Positions 1 through 13,160 of a DNA stretch of 64,000 nt are shown here, piece by piece. The stretch is from Ylistrum balloti. Its lineage: Eukaryota. A program made the position numbers and the translations under genes. The notes below the pieces were generated by a model. That model had not been told where the DNA came from, searched no databases, and worked only from the letters and a program-made list of their open reading frames with translations. Position 1 is the first letter of the stretch. Every line of letters begins with the position of its first letter. The DNA lies in contig NW_026782366.1 of assembly GCF_031769215.1 (NCBI RefSeq), positions 186,001 to 250,000 of the forward strand, in the 5' to 3' direction.

Positions 1-3000
1 GACCTTTCTGTAGGTTATTTCTGATAGTGTATCGACATGACCTCAGTAAAGATCTTGGAGTGTTGAGTTCACTCTCCATCCACTGATTAAAAAGTGTGTA
101 AGATTCTCGCAAGTCTGTGATTTTATCACCATGGAGAAGGTCCATATCACGATAACAGTCCATAGACAATAACATGCGTATTGTTTCCATTTTACCAAAT
201 CGGATTGATTTCGATAAAGGAGTGCCACCTGAAAAACAAATCATAAAAATTATTTCACTCCCAATTTGTTTGTGATTAAGCACCTTGTACTAGAGTTCAG
301 GAAAGTCTATGTGTTATACATGTTCTGTCCTTCTTTTAACCTGGTAATCCTAACATAACTTGTGAACCCACCTTGTGATCTAGTTACAGTAACTCAACTA
401 ACCCTGTTACTATATTACTTTAACTCTCAAGAGGGCTGCAATAGTTTAGGCATTAGACCGTTAGACTGATGTAACCTAAGGTGAAAATCTGGGACGTTTA
501 ATGTTTCTCAAGAAACTGCAATCATGGATCATCCTGTGGTGTGCTTTACTTCAGATGGTTTGAATAAAATATGTGGATTATTGATGATGGTGCAATATTT
601 CACATCAACTTACAATTTGTTACTGGTTTTAATAAGTATGTGAAAAAAATAATAAAAATGTGTGTTTATTCCATGGGCCGGATATCTCGAACCTCTTTTA
701 AGAGTTTGGCTGGTCAGCAATCAGCAAACCCAAGTTACATAGCATAGTCAGTAGAATAACATATTGAAGAAAAAGAGTTGAACATAGAGTCTAAGACACA
801 ATGATAGGCCATGAACATGTACATCTACTAAACAATAGTGTATCAATTAAACACCAACACCAAAGATAAATAGATACCATTTTTGTCTACAGCATTAATA
901 TCAGCACCTCTCTGAACCAATAACCGTGTGATTGCAGGGACAGCCCTAGAGTTGAGCTCTACCACAGAGTGAAATGTTGTCCTTCTCATATTATCTGCCT
1001 GAAAATTAAACATGATAAAGTCAGTTTAGTTTAAATATTACTACTGTAACTTTGATGAAGGTAGACACAAGGGAAAAATGACCAGGTTAACATTACAATC
1101 ATCGTAATTACTAAGTTAAGTAACTAGAACAATGACAGAGGTCAATAACTAAGGAACCTGCTGTCTGTCTGAATGTATACCCCCATTCATCAACAGGCAG
1201 AATATACTAGGAATGAGAAAGCACGATTTGAATTTTAAGATGCATCTGCTTAGAAAATTTGCATCTGAAACCTGATCTCAACTAAGCTTAGTTAAACCTA
1301 AGCCTCAAGTCTGAATAAAATCTAACAAATTGCTAATATGTCAGGGCCATTTCCCAAAAACACTGTGTATTGGGTGGGACCAGTTACCAAATAACTGTGG
1401 AAAAAATAGCTCTTTCAGTTTTACTTCAACATATCAGTTTACGAACCAAATGTCATTGTTTATTGTCTTAAATGATCCAACTGAATCATACCTCATATTC
1501 CTTACTGTTCCTTGCTGTTTAATTCATTAACCTTATTCTCAAACTAAAGAATTGTATATAGGTTCAACTGCCAAACACTTAACCTCACTGGACCTAATAT
1601 TTAATAGACTTTGAACTTCACATTCTCTGTATTGTTTCCCACGTGTCACTTAACATAGCTAACATTACATGTAAGTATGGTATGCATTTAACATTCATAC
1701 CAATGCATAACTTCAACAGATTTGGATGTATGTTTGTGTTAAAAAAATTCATAAACAGAAATATGTTACCTTATCAACTTGAGCTCCTCCATCCAATAAC
1801 ATTTCCACGAGTGCAAGATCTCTAGTACTTACAGCCATCATCAGTGGTGTAGCACCTTTCTTGTTGGCAATGTTAACATTAGCACCACCTATAACATGTT
1901 ATTCATTTTTATAAGTAGGCGGGTCACAATAAAACAGCCTTTAGTTTGTTTGGGAACAACTAGGGACAAAGGAAAGCCTACTTAATGAAACTTGAGAAAG
2001 ATCCATCAAGTACTTCTAAAACAAAAAAAGAATTACAAACTCTCATTGTCAAAATCCAAGATGGCTGCCTGTAAACCATTTTGTTTTCTGGTCAACTCAA
2101 AATTTCAATACAGACGGATTAATCCTTTACTAAGATTTATATCACATACACTGTTTTACTTTTTTGTAAAAGATGCATGGTACAAACACACATACTTCAG
2201 TAAAAAGAACTGATAAAGACTTTGCTCAGTCTTTTCTTTCATATAAACATTGACTCAAAGTTCATCGAGAGATTACTTACATACACTTCCGTACACTACC
2301 CTAACGTACAAATGACAAACTGTGAACTCTGACTTGTGAACTTTGACTGACTCACTATACACCAAGTGATAAATCATAAACAGACTCAACATACAAAAAG
2401 TGATCTGTTACAAACATTGACTCACCATACACATAGAAACTGATTCACCATATACTAAGAGATTAATCACACATATTGTCTCATCATCCACAAAGGGGAA
2501 ACAATTAATTACATTGACTCAAAATACACTCATAATAATATAATAAAAATTGATTCATTAGTATGAATTGAATACATTTTGACTTGCTATTTACAAAGAT
2601 ATACAGAAAATTACATGAACTCTCCATACACTGAGAAATTTATTAAAACCTGACTCACCCTTTAGTAAGAGCTGTACTACATGATGTTTAACTGGCATGG
2701 TGAAGCTGGCCAGATGGAGTGCTGATGTACCCTTCTCATCAGTAATGTCTAAGTTAGCACCAGCTTTGATCAACAAACTGATACACAACTGATCCCCCTT
2801 AATCACTGCATACATTACAGGAGTTTTCAAACTGGCTGACTGTATATCACAGTCTGCTCCTGCAGAAAAGAAAAAATCATTTCAGAAATATCCTTTTAAA
2901 AAACTAGAAGATTTTAGTATCATTTTATGTTTCTTATATTGCCTTCAGTAGACAGTTATTTAACACAATAAGAGTGGTACATGAATTAAAACAATTTTCA

Positions 3001-4879
3001 TGTGTTTACTGGTTACTGCTAAATAACTCTATTCATGTGTACGTTGAAGTAACAAAAGCACTGATCATTAATCAACTGTTGCCCATAACAATTGACTCCC
3101 CCTGTCAGTAAGTTGTACCACAAATATGACTCCCCCTGTCAGTAAGAATTATCACAATTATCATTTGAATGCTGAACCATTCACCAGTCACTTATTCCGC
3201 TCACTTTTTATAGGGACAGAGTTCTGACATTCATTGACTCCTGGCCAATATATAAAAAGTGGATAGAACATCAGAATAATTCCAACTACAATGACATTTG
3301 CCCATTATACCCATAACAGGTTGATCTAAAACACAATTACCAAACTAATATTGCAGCTGACAAAGAATTTTACCTTTCTGTAAAAGAAACAGGAGAACGT
3401 CCGCTCGACCAGCATTTGCTACATAATGTAAGGGAACTCGACTGTTACCGTCACAACTATTTACATCAGCTCCATGATCTACCAGGAAGGATATAGTCTG
3501 TAACAATATATATAATATAAATATATTTTACGAAGAATGAGAAAAAAACACGTTATCACTATCAGTGTTCATTAAGAAAAACAGAAATCACTTTAAAAAA
3601 TATTTATAATCTCATTAAAGTTAAAATATTTCAGTGGTGATCTTTCTTTGGCAATTTCGGCACTTTAAATTTGTCAAATTCTGTTAAAAATTTTATGATT
3701 GAAAATTCTGGATGTTTGTGGTAGTTTACACAATTTCAAGAAAATGTTAATATTGAATAAACATTTTTAAATTTGTTGGGATGAAATGAATTATGTTGAG
3801 TTAAATACTTCACAAGGTGTGTTGGAGTATATGATTTGCACAGTTAGATATGAATATTGACCCTGCTAGGATATAATCTAATTTACCTTCATGGGGCTCT
3901 GTAGCACTGCCACGTGTAACGGAGTGTATTTTGTCATTCTGATGTGGCTTGCCAACGAACGACATCTTACAGTGCAAGACATACCTGTTGGTTTATAAAC
4001 TAAAGTTACTGAACGCTGAGTGTCGAAAGGATTTTAATTAGGAATATTTATCGTGCCTTTACCATACTGTAATACGATTGCTTCTTTATCTCATATCCGA
4101 AAAAAGGATTAAGCCTGACATTAACTCTCCCATTAATAATGATAATTTAAGTGATACATAAATGTAAAATAAATGTTATAGAAGTCAATAGTTTTTTAAC
4201 CCCTCTGGAGTGTTTAAACACTGGGACAACTGATTAATGTTTTACCAAATGAGCCAAAGAAGATTGAAAGTCTCCCTAGGTGAGTCAATAGGCTGCTAAT
4301 GTTTTACCTGGGTGAAATAGATAAATTCATACGGCGTGAATTACCTAAATGTTTTGTATTGATGTCGACACCAGCTCTCAACAGTCTTCCAATCATGTCC
4401 AGATCATCATATCGCACAGCTTTAAAGATATCCTCCTCATCACTGGGAACTTCCAACAATAAGTCTGATCCATTGATTGGCTCACTCGCCCTCACTCGTA
4501 TGTCACTCAAACCTGTAGTTGTTCCATCCAGTAATAATGGGGCAGGTATTGGAGGTGGTGGTGGAGGAGGCGGTGGAGGGGGAGGCGGAGGTGGTGGCAC
4601 ATGTACAAAGGGAGGGGAGCTTGAGGGTGACGCCAGCTGATGCAGAGGTGGGGAGCTAGAGGGAGACACCTGCTGATGAGGTGGTGGGGAGCTCGAGGGA
4701 GACACCTGCTGATGTAGAGGTGGGGAGCTAGAGGGAGACACCTGGTAATGAGGAGGTGGAGAGCTCGAGGGAGACACCTGCTGATAACCCAGAGATTCAG
4801 GTTCCAGTTCCATTATTGTGTATTGTTTAGCTAAGAGCTGTAAAAGAGTAATAAAAAGACATGGTAATAAAGTGTCCAT
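1..4879 (-). CDS. Ankyrin repeat and SOCS box protein (ASB family), 3' end truncated by the window edge
   Basis: Exons with GT-AG boundaries and consistent phases: 4879-4345, 3984-3887, 3497-3374, 2859-2659, 1888-1833, 998-878, 228-<1. Translation gives serial ankyrin repeats (YTPLHVAV..GADVN, VPLHYVA..GADCD, KTPVMYAV..GANLD, TSALHLAS..GANVN, ATPLMMA..GADIN, GTPLSKSI). The last exon has PRSLLRSCRYTIR, matching the SOCS-box BC-box pattern. The start is ATG 4879 or in-frame ATG 4813. ASB subfamily not assignable. Confidence 0.88.
4551..4790 (-). repeat. Coding 36-bp tandem repeat (about 5 units, QQVSPSSSPP[P/L]H) followed by a run of about 16 prolines
   Basis: Unit such as gagggagacacctgctgatgaggtggtggggagctc repeated at a 36-nt period, followed by a GGN run that reads poly-Pro on the minus strand. 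Confidence 0.9.
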
Positions 4880-5408
4880 TAGACTTGACTACATAACTTT
4901 ACACCACTGTTGGGGATTCAATAAATCATTTTTGTGACAAGTTCAAATCATGGCACCAAATCTGTAACTGAAACGTCTGACAAAAATTCTTTCCCTCACT
5001 TGCACTTGATCTGTTGAGCGATCATCCTCTAAGCACGTGCTTTACTAGGCTAATGGGAAATTCATTTGGCTCTCAACTTGTAATCTAGTGTTTTCCTTAA
5101 TATGTTTATCCTTACCCATACACATATTGTTGCTACCTCATGTGGTCAAACAAAAGATGTGCATATGTAATACCAAAAGGATGCTTTTCAAAATCATCTT
5201 ACAACAATTTGATAAACGCGTGGTAAATATGTACCGGTTATCCTGCAAAAGTACAAAACATCAAAATAATAATAAAATCGATATAAAGACTGGTCAGAGA
5301 GGTACAACTGTTAACTAAAACGTACGTGTATCTCAAATTACTAGTTTAAACTCACTACAACTTACATGCATCTCAAATTACTAATTTAAACTCACCACTG
5401 ATACTCAC

Positions 5409-5485
5409 ATAATCGCACCTGTCAGTCAACTTTTTAAACAACCCGGCAAACACTCGTGTCCTGGTCTTTCTGTCTACCGTCTTCC
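5409..5485 (-). other. Putative non-coding first exon of the ASB gene
   Basis: Minus-strand donor AT|GTGAGT (intron starts at 5408). Candidate acceptor AGs lie at about 4962-4979, upstream of the ATG. The 5' boundary is a guess. Confidence 0.5.
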
Positions 5486-5489
5486 TGTA

Positions 5490-5539
5490 CCATATATGGT
5501 CAATTGTTAGTAATGAGGTTAACTATGGTCTATAAATAG
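5490..5539 (-). promoter_or_regulatory. CArG box (SRF) and MEF2 consensus site next to the putative ASB transcription start
   Basis: CCATATATGG at 5490-5499 fits CC(A/T)6GG; CTATAAATAG at 5530-5539 fits CTA(A/T)4TAG. Function is inferred from motif match and position only. Confidence 0.5.
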
Positions 5540-6580
5540 TGATGAGGTAGAAACACAAAAATGGGTCACGTTTTCTCAAAGCTTCCACGGTTAGAATATA
5601 TTCGTTAAACTATATACACTCATATGATAAATCCGTCTTCTGAATATTTACCGTCGGAAAAATTAAACTAGCACAGCATAGCGATGGTACCATATGTAAA
5701 CAGTCACAGAAGGGAAATCACTGGAATGTTTGACAGGTGCGTTCGGATGGGAATACTTGACTCTGGTCTGACGATAGGTAGAGTATTCCGTTTCTTTTAC
5801 GACATTCAAAGATTCAAAAACATATTTTTCTAGCTTCTTCACATAATAGTATTTAAACATATATACAAAGATATGACAGCGGGTGTTGTTTATTATTGAT
5901 ACGAGTTTTTTTTTTTCAAATGTTTCAAGTAACACATAGTATCGAGGTTTTTTTTTTTTCATAAACCACAAAACCGAAAAAAGACACATTCAAATACATA
6001 TGATGAAGTTATCAAATATGAACAATATCGTCCACGCTGCTTTGCAAGTATAAGTACACAAAGTAAAAATATAATAACACTTTTAAAATGCGGATTTAAA
6101 ATCCATTGAAAAATTTATCATTACTTTTTTATTAATATCTAACAAATTATTGGGAGGCAATTACACTATACATCACTCAAATGCCGAAGTCTCTACAGTC
6201 TGTCCGACAGTAGTTTGTTGCGTCACAGTTAGGCTGACATCCAATCCAACCACAGATTCATTATTGCCAAAAATAATATCGAGAAACTTCCAACCGCAGA
6301 CACAGTAGAACAGGACGGATAATAACCGGGACCATAAAAAACAAGTTACTTGATCAAAACAGCTGATAGAAACAACGAACAGTAAAGAATGATCACATCA
6401 AGAAAAGTTACTCAAACAGGTTGTTAGCCTTGAATTGAAGAAATTAAACAGGGATATCCTTTTCCAGCTCTACTATTACTTGACTATTTAAGACTGAGTA
6501 CCCGAAGACTGGTGTCATGTGGTCAGTTTATGTCAAAGAGGTAGCACTCTAAAGTGAACAAGGCAAGTGACTTTTGCAAA

Positions 6581-7600
6581 ATGGACAAAATCGATAAAAG
6601 AGCAGTGATTTAATATCCTCATAAGAAAGGCATATCACATAAGGAAACACATACTGGTATGTTTAGCTATACTGGGGAATGATGCTCCTTCATATGCTAC
6701 AGTGAAAAGGTGGCAGGCAGAGACTTGAAGTCCTGGAAGGTCTGACACTGTTGTAACCAAAGAAATGGTCAATAAAGTCCATGATATTGCTATGGCTGAC
6801 AGCTGAGTTACAGAGATATATAGCCAGTACAGTTGGGATTTCACAGGAAAGAGAACATTCCATACTTATGTAAGATCTTGCAAACAGAAAGCTCTCAGCC
6901 CGTTAGGTACAAAGACTTCTGACAGTTGATCAGAAGCACATCAGGCGAACTTTGTCGCGTGCTTATCTGAACACTTAGAGGCATATCCTGCTAACTTTCT
7001 GCAGATATTTGTGACTAAAGATGATACATGGTTCGATCATTACATCCCAGGAGCCAAACAACAATAGTCTAAACAATGTAAGCATCATGCATACCCCCAC
7101 CCCACCCCGTCAAAAAACAAAGACTGTTGCATCAGCTGGAAAGGTTATAGCCTCGGTGTTTTGGGATTCTGATAGTATTCTGTTGGTATATTATGTGCGA
7201 AAGGGACAAACAATCAATGGTACATATTATCACTTCTTAGGCAGTTAAAGAGAAAATATTAAACACAAGCGCCGCCGAAAACACAGTAAAAATGTGTTGT
7301 TCCACTAGGACAATGCTCCAGTTCACAAGTGTGCCGTTGCTATGGCTGCCACCAACGATTTTGGCATAGATTGAGGTCCACCTTGTTCGCCTGATTCTAC
7401 TCCATCAAATTTTCGTATATTTCCAAAATTGAAAAAGACCATTACCGGTACCTACTTTCGGTAAGATTAAGACGACGTCATACATGCAGTGGAGGGCTCT
7501 CTGAACAATCAAGAAAATGACTTCTTTAAAAATGGCATTGACGCCCTTCAACATGACAGGCGAAAGTGTATAGAAATTGAAGGGGATTATGTTGAAAATA
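6581..7600 (+). mobile_element. Degenerate mariner (DD34D-type) transposase pseudogene
   Basis: Broken frames read MDKIDKRAVI*Y..(fs)..LGNDAPSYATVKRWQAE, FVTKDDTW, AGKVIASVFWDSD, FH*DNAPVH, SPDSTPSNF, KCIEIEGDYVE. These are mariner motifs with many stops and frameshifts, and the third catalytic Asp position reads Asn. TIRs not confidently found. Confidence 0.9.
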
Positions 7601-9673
7601 ATGCAATATGTTCGCCAAAAGTCAAACCATTAAAATGAGGTTCACAACTCATCAATCAGTCCCAATTAGTTTGTTTTTTGCATAATTTTTTGTATTTTTA
7701 TCTGCATTGTATGCATACACAGCACTGATAAATTAACAAAGAAACGATGTTGTCGATATGTATTTTATAGAATTTCAAAGGTATAAGAACGTCACTTTAC
7801 TTGCTCATGTAATAGACGTCCAAAATCGATCTTACATATTGACTATCAATAAGTTATGAAGTTTATATTGACAAACTCGACGTTCGTAAACCAGAAGCAA
7901 ACTAGCAAACTACAAGAGTAACAGTTGTCCAAAGATTATGCCAAATTTTATTCTTGCATGTTAAATTGTTATTTTCTGCAACTATATCTTATATCATAGA
8001 AATAACTTCACTGAACCAATGTTGCAACTCGCAACACAAGTTAAAACTGATCCTATCAAGTAACATATATAGGCCAATGGCTTCAGCTTTTCATTGCTGA
8101 TAATTAATGATTACGACATGTTATTATCATTGTAAATATTTTCAGGTAACTGGCTACGCCACAGTCGTTTCTGCCCTCGGGTTATATATATACACAGGTT
8201 CCTAGAACAGAATCACAAAGGACTATTATATACACACGTATATACAAAGCTTTCACATTATTTCTTGTCTACGGGAACAATCATGGCGTCTTATAGGCTG
8301 TAAGGTAAGATGTGTTATATTGATTGTGAAATTATTTTTATAGGAAACATACAGTAGTATTCTATTGAGAGTTTCCATCTCTATATCGACCTCTATATGT
8401 AAAATTTGGAGTGGTTTTTCTTGTGCTATCGTTTTAGGACTATTCAAAATGGCGCTGACCAGCAAGCAGACGATATCATTTTGACTCTGTTATCCCACAT
8501 AATTGTTAATCAAAGTAACGGTGTATAATGATGTATAGGTGCGACGGGTCATGCCGACAGTTGACGGAGCTGCGATGTACACTTAAATTAAGAATAACAA
8601 CCCAAGTTTGTTGAAAACAAAGTATAAACTTATTGGAATGTTGTGTGAATTATGATAGTTTAACAGGGATAATTCAAGCTTAGTCCCTGTAATTAAGTGT
8701 GCACTCTAAGTTATGGTTATTATATTTGTTGGGAGTGTTGTTATCATATCATATTACTTTGAGAATCGTTGTAGTGAATAAAATTGTAGTGGATTTAGAG
8801 AATACTACAAAGAGAATATTTTAGTAACGTAGCTGAGTAATGTTCGGTACAAACATAAGGTAATTACGAGTTCAAAAACAGGAACAAATGATTTTAAACC
8901 CACTTTAAAGTTGTAAATACAGTTTTCTAACTGAATAAAAACGAAGCACATTTGTGTTCTATACGAGAATAGCATGATCACAAAACAGAATATTTTGAGT
9001 TGTAGTTCATCAGAAAAAAAATACTTTTACACTACGGCAATGGCCGCACCTAATTTCCTCCACCCAAAATGTGTGAAGTCCTTATAGACATGTCCTGTAT
9101 AAACTGTAGTCCATAAGGTTTGTATTGCTTCCGGGGAGGTACATGTTTAATGGGAAATAATAGCATATGTAAGTTGTCCTATATTCCAGTCAATAATGCA
9201 TTGCACTATATAGCGAACACATCAACGACATTTCAAACCTACGTCCATATCAGTGAATCTTAAGTTGATTAAAGCGAAACTTTCCGGAATTGATTTTGAA
9301 AATTGAAACCATAAGATATACCAATATTTCTTCAATATTTTAATACATAAATTCATCGTCAAATACCTAGTGTAAAACTTACAAATATTAGTAATAATTA
9401 GACAGTATTGTAATTTAGGTACTTGTCGGTAACTCTGAATTTTGTGTGATTCTCTATAGCATTAATTCACAGGTAATTGCTCTCTTGACAGGAGCGCTCC
9501 TTAAAGTCATGCTATCAGAATGAGTATAACCTAGACATAACTAGACTAAATGGTACAAACCTCGTAATAATACCGGACGCTACCGACAATATCATAAACT
9601 GAGAATTATATTTGTTTCAGAGAATGAAGCAAGAGTATCGCTTGGTTTTAACCTAATCAAAATTGCCTGATTT

Positions 9674-11228
9674 ATGAAAATTGGAAGTATGATGCTACAA
9701 ACTGGACTGTTCTTGGTGGCTGTTCTTGCAGGTAACTTTCAGTTTCATCATATATTATCGTATTACCCTTCCTAAACGTTATTACAACATAGTACGATTC
9801 TCTATGAACGTAGCCTATATTTCCACACTGTAAGATGTTTGCTGAAAGTTGACTAAATTACCAAAATTCAGTACAATAGCTATATTTTGACTTGGTAAGG
9901 TTTTTAGCGGGCCTTGTGTCAATTCTAAGACAAATTTCTTAACCAGATAAATAAGCAAAACCAGAACTTATGTCTCAGAGCTTCTCAACTTCTTAACAAA
10001 GGGCAATAACTCTAATCTTTAAACTCATTTAGCATGTATCTAGCCCGTGTAAACGGCTGTAATATGAGGCATTTCATTGACACAGGATGATTCCTGTTGA
10101 ATGTGTCTCGCAGCTTCCGTGTTTCTTTTTAAATCCAATACCTCTACAGATACATACAAATGTACCCTATTTTTGTACATGTATAATTTGCACACATAAA
10201 AGAACAATTGATGCGTTGAGATCATAAGAAAATCTTATCAAATAATCTCTTATCTCATACATGCACTTTGTATCGACAAAATGCTGTTTGATTGTTATTT
10301 ATTCCTTCATAATATGACAGAAGACGACTTAAGATTACGTGATTTTCTTTCGACTAGTAAACGAAAATAAGCGGAAACCTTAGCTAATTTGATATGCCCA
10401 AGAAAATCAAACTTTATTACCAAATCACCGACTACAGGTATCGCTGAGCTGGCTCGAGAAAACCGCCAGTACACTATTATATTTTGCTGTATCATTCTTC
10501 CAGGCGCCGTATCTGTTGTATCCGGCTCCGTCAACTGCTACACCTGCTCATACACGATAACCGGCGCACCATGGATTAGTTACGAGTGCGCCAATAACAC
10601 AGATAAGGTGACAACAGGGTCAGCGCAGGTTCCATGTCATCACACTCTACAATGCGTCACAAAGGTTGTTTACAACGCCGGTAAGTTAACAGTTTCTATA
10701 AAATCATGTAAATACACGCACGGTATATTTTTGTAAGACGCCTATGTTATAATAGGGTTCCATAATTTCATATTACTTTAAACGACTCGCTCTTATCCAG
10801 CGTCCAATCTCAGCATTACATAATTACAATTAAGCAATGCGTTATACTTCCAGGAAGGACAATCTTTGAATACAAAAAGAGATTACATTTTATTGTATTT
10901 GTTAAAACAATGTTTCTTTTCAGAATCGATTCTTCTACATATCCATTGTCATATTTTTTTTATTTATCTAGATCTCACTGAAATACGATCGGTCACAAGA
11001 GGATGTTTTGTACCAGACGTTTACAAATGTGGTGTGAATTGTTGTGATCAGAGTCTTCATGATGTTTCCTGTCAGTATCAATGTCGGTCAGACGGCTGCA
11101 ATAACAAGGACGTCACCAAAATACTGAAAAAAACGACCGGTACTGGTGCGGCTTCAGCCATTCATCCGAAATGGAGTCTATCTGTCACTTTTGTGCTATT
11201 TAGCGTTATCATTTTGTCTGCGATGTGA
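9674..11228 (+). CDS. Ly6/uPAR (three-finger, LU-domain) protein 1, predicted secreted and GPI-anchored, 163 aa
   Basis: Exons 9674-9731, 10504-10680, 10972-11228 (phase 1-1, total 492 nt). Signal peptide MKIGSMMLQTGLFLVAVLAG; CYTC near the N-terminus; 12 Cys ending CRSDGCN; small-residue omega-like region (GTGAAS) then a hydrophobic C-terminal tail. Confidence 0.85.
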
Positions 11229-11333
11229 GGTTGAAATAAATATAGATAAAAAATATGATAATAAAAATGCACTGTTTTACTGTTTTTAAGGAATGCGACG
11301 AGAATAGCCATGTATTCGTGAGTTTTTTTTTTG

Positions 11334-11377
11334 TTTTTTTTTTTTTTTTTTTTTTTTTTTGGGGGGGGGGGGGGGGG
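11334..11377. repeat. Adjacent homopolymers T27 and G17
   Basis: Read directly from the sequence, about 100 bp downstream of the LU1 stop. Confidence 0.9.
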
Positions 11378-12379
11378 CGGGTGTACTTTGTTTGTTTGGG
11401 TTTTTTGGGGGTTGTTTTCTGTATATAAGTTAAGCATTCATACAGAATGAAGAATCTGGTTTGTGTTATAGAAAACAATGAAAGTAAGCTTGTAAACATT
11501 CTTCGTGCATACTCTTTCTTTAATCAGTCCTACATTCAAAAGTTAAAGTAACATTTGGTAAATACACCCTTCCGTCTTCTAGTACGACCTATGCCAAAAG
11601 GTCAACTGACACCCCTTTTGAGCCTCTCTGTCAAATATCAGTTTGAGATAGGAGTCTATGTGTACTCTTTGTTGGAATGACCGGATCAACTGGCAGACGT
11701 GTTCGGAAATACCCGATAACAGCTTTCCGACTTTATAATGAGAATACGTCACGTGATCTCGATATCAACTGATGTGGATTTATAATATATAAACAAAACA
11801 TTTCGTGATTCGCTGTCTAGTCATTTCCTCCATACACGACAATCTTACTATGGAATGTGAAGACACAAACACCTGTCGCCACAGGTCTTGTTATGTTGAT
11901 GGCATCTACACTAATTGTTAAAACTTACTTGTCACTAAACCTGTTCTTAAAGAACATTGTTTCGAGGACTTATATTATTTCTATCTATTGCATTTCAATT
12001 TTATACATAAATGTAACAATCTTATATCACAATTTATTCATCGTATAGAACAAATATAGAATACTAATATCCTTAGTTGATAAAATACTTTTATCTATGT
12101 TAACCTTTGTGTTGACATTGAAAAATGGAGTACACAAACAAAAGGAACTTACCGACAATAGAATCTTCATTCAAACTCTACATTGGTAAAACGAATAAAA
12201 AAGCACCAATAGATAATGTAAGCAGAGACATTTGTGAAATAAAATGAGAATAAGAGCAGGTGTTCCGGGAGGATGAGCGTTTTATGCTTCGACCGCGACA
12301 CTCATAATGTAACTTTTGGTCAATCCTAGTAAGAAATGTCACATTCACAAATGAGGACAAGGTTTATCTAACAGAAACT

Positions 12380-12750
12380 ACAAGCATATCTACAAGCATA
12401 ACGCACAAGGAAGTGAAATAATTTCCAATGATATCTCGATGGCCAACTTGGAAATTCCCCATAGTCTTCACAAATCTGCATCTCTGTATTGGTTTCGTTT
12501 TCGATTACAAGTTTTATTTCGGTTACACATACCGGAGGATGAACAACATTTCATGACAAGCTGTTCCTTTTACCCACAGCATAAAAAGGCATTGTTTCTT
12601 GATTATGTTTCTCGCTACTTTGAGAGTAAAAGATTTCGGGTGGTTTCCAAGGAATATTTTTTGAACATTTTAACCATGAGTAGTAGAAGTTTGAGAGGTA
12701 TAATCTTTGGATATATAAATAGCCTTGAACCACTTTTAATGTAAATTGAA
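12380..12750 (+). mobile_element. 3' fragment of a non-LTR retrotransposon (CR1/L2-like ORF2 C-terminus)
   Basis: ORF 12439-12744 contains EDEQHFMTSCSFY, resembling the EDExHFLxxCxxY C-terminal motif of LINE ORF2. No RT core nearby. Confidence 0.55.
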
Positions 12751-13160
12751 CATAGTAATAACCAATGTTTCAACTTTAGACATAAATATCGTTAGTTCAT
12801 ATTTCAATATTGAAATTGTCAAGAGTAAGAGTTTAGTAGATCAAGATAGATAAAATGTTTTAAAAGAAGGTGTTTTTTTGTATTCAATAAAAAATAGATG
12901 TTTATGCGTAATGTATAAGATACAAAAGATTGACAACGACTACTGATGTAAATCTTTCCCCCTGTTAAGGGCCCCTCGATCTCGAGTACCTATTCTCTCA
13001 TTAATCTTATAATCTATTACGGACAGCCTCCCACCCATGCTGATATAACCCCCTCACTTACAATATAGACATCGAGATGTCGGGAGGAACTCCAATGTGG
13101 AATTAACTGTCTTGTGAAATTATATTACTTTTTTATGTTTTCTTAATCTAGAATTCTAAA

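Noticed and set aside
3093-3147. Two-copy direct repeats (35-bp period at 3093; 40-bp period at 5331-5395)
   Set aside because: Simple local intronic duplications with no further structure.
4299-4640. Plus-strand ORF with poly-Gly
   Set aside because: It is the antisense shadow of the ASB polyproline exon.
11162-11499. Minus-strand ORFs with poly-Pro/poly-Lys
   Set aside because: Artefacts of the T27/G17 homopolymers.
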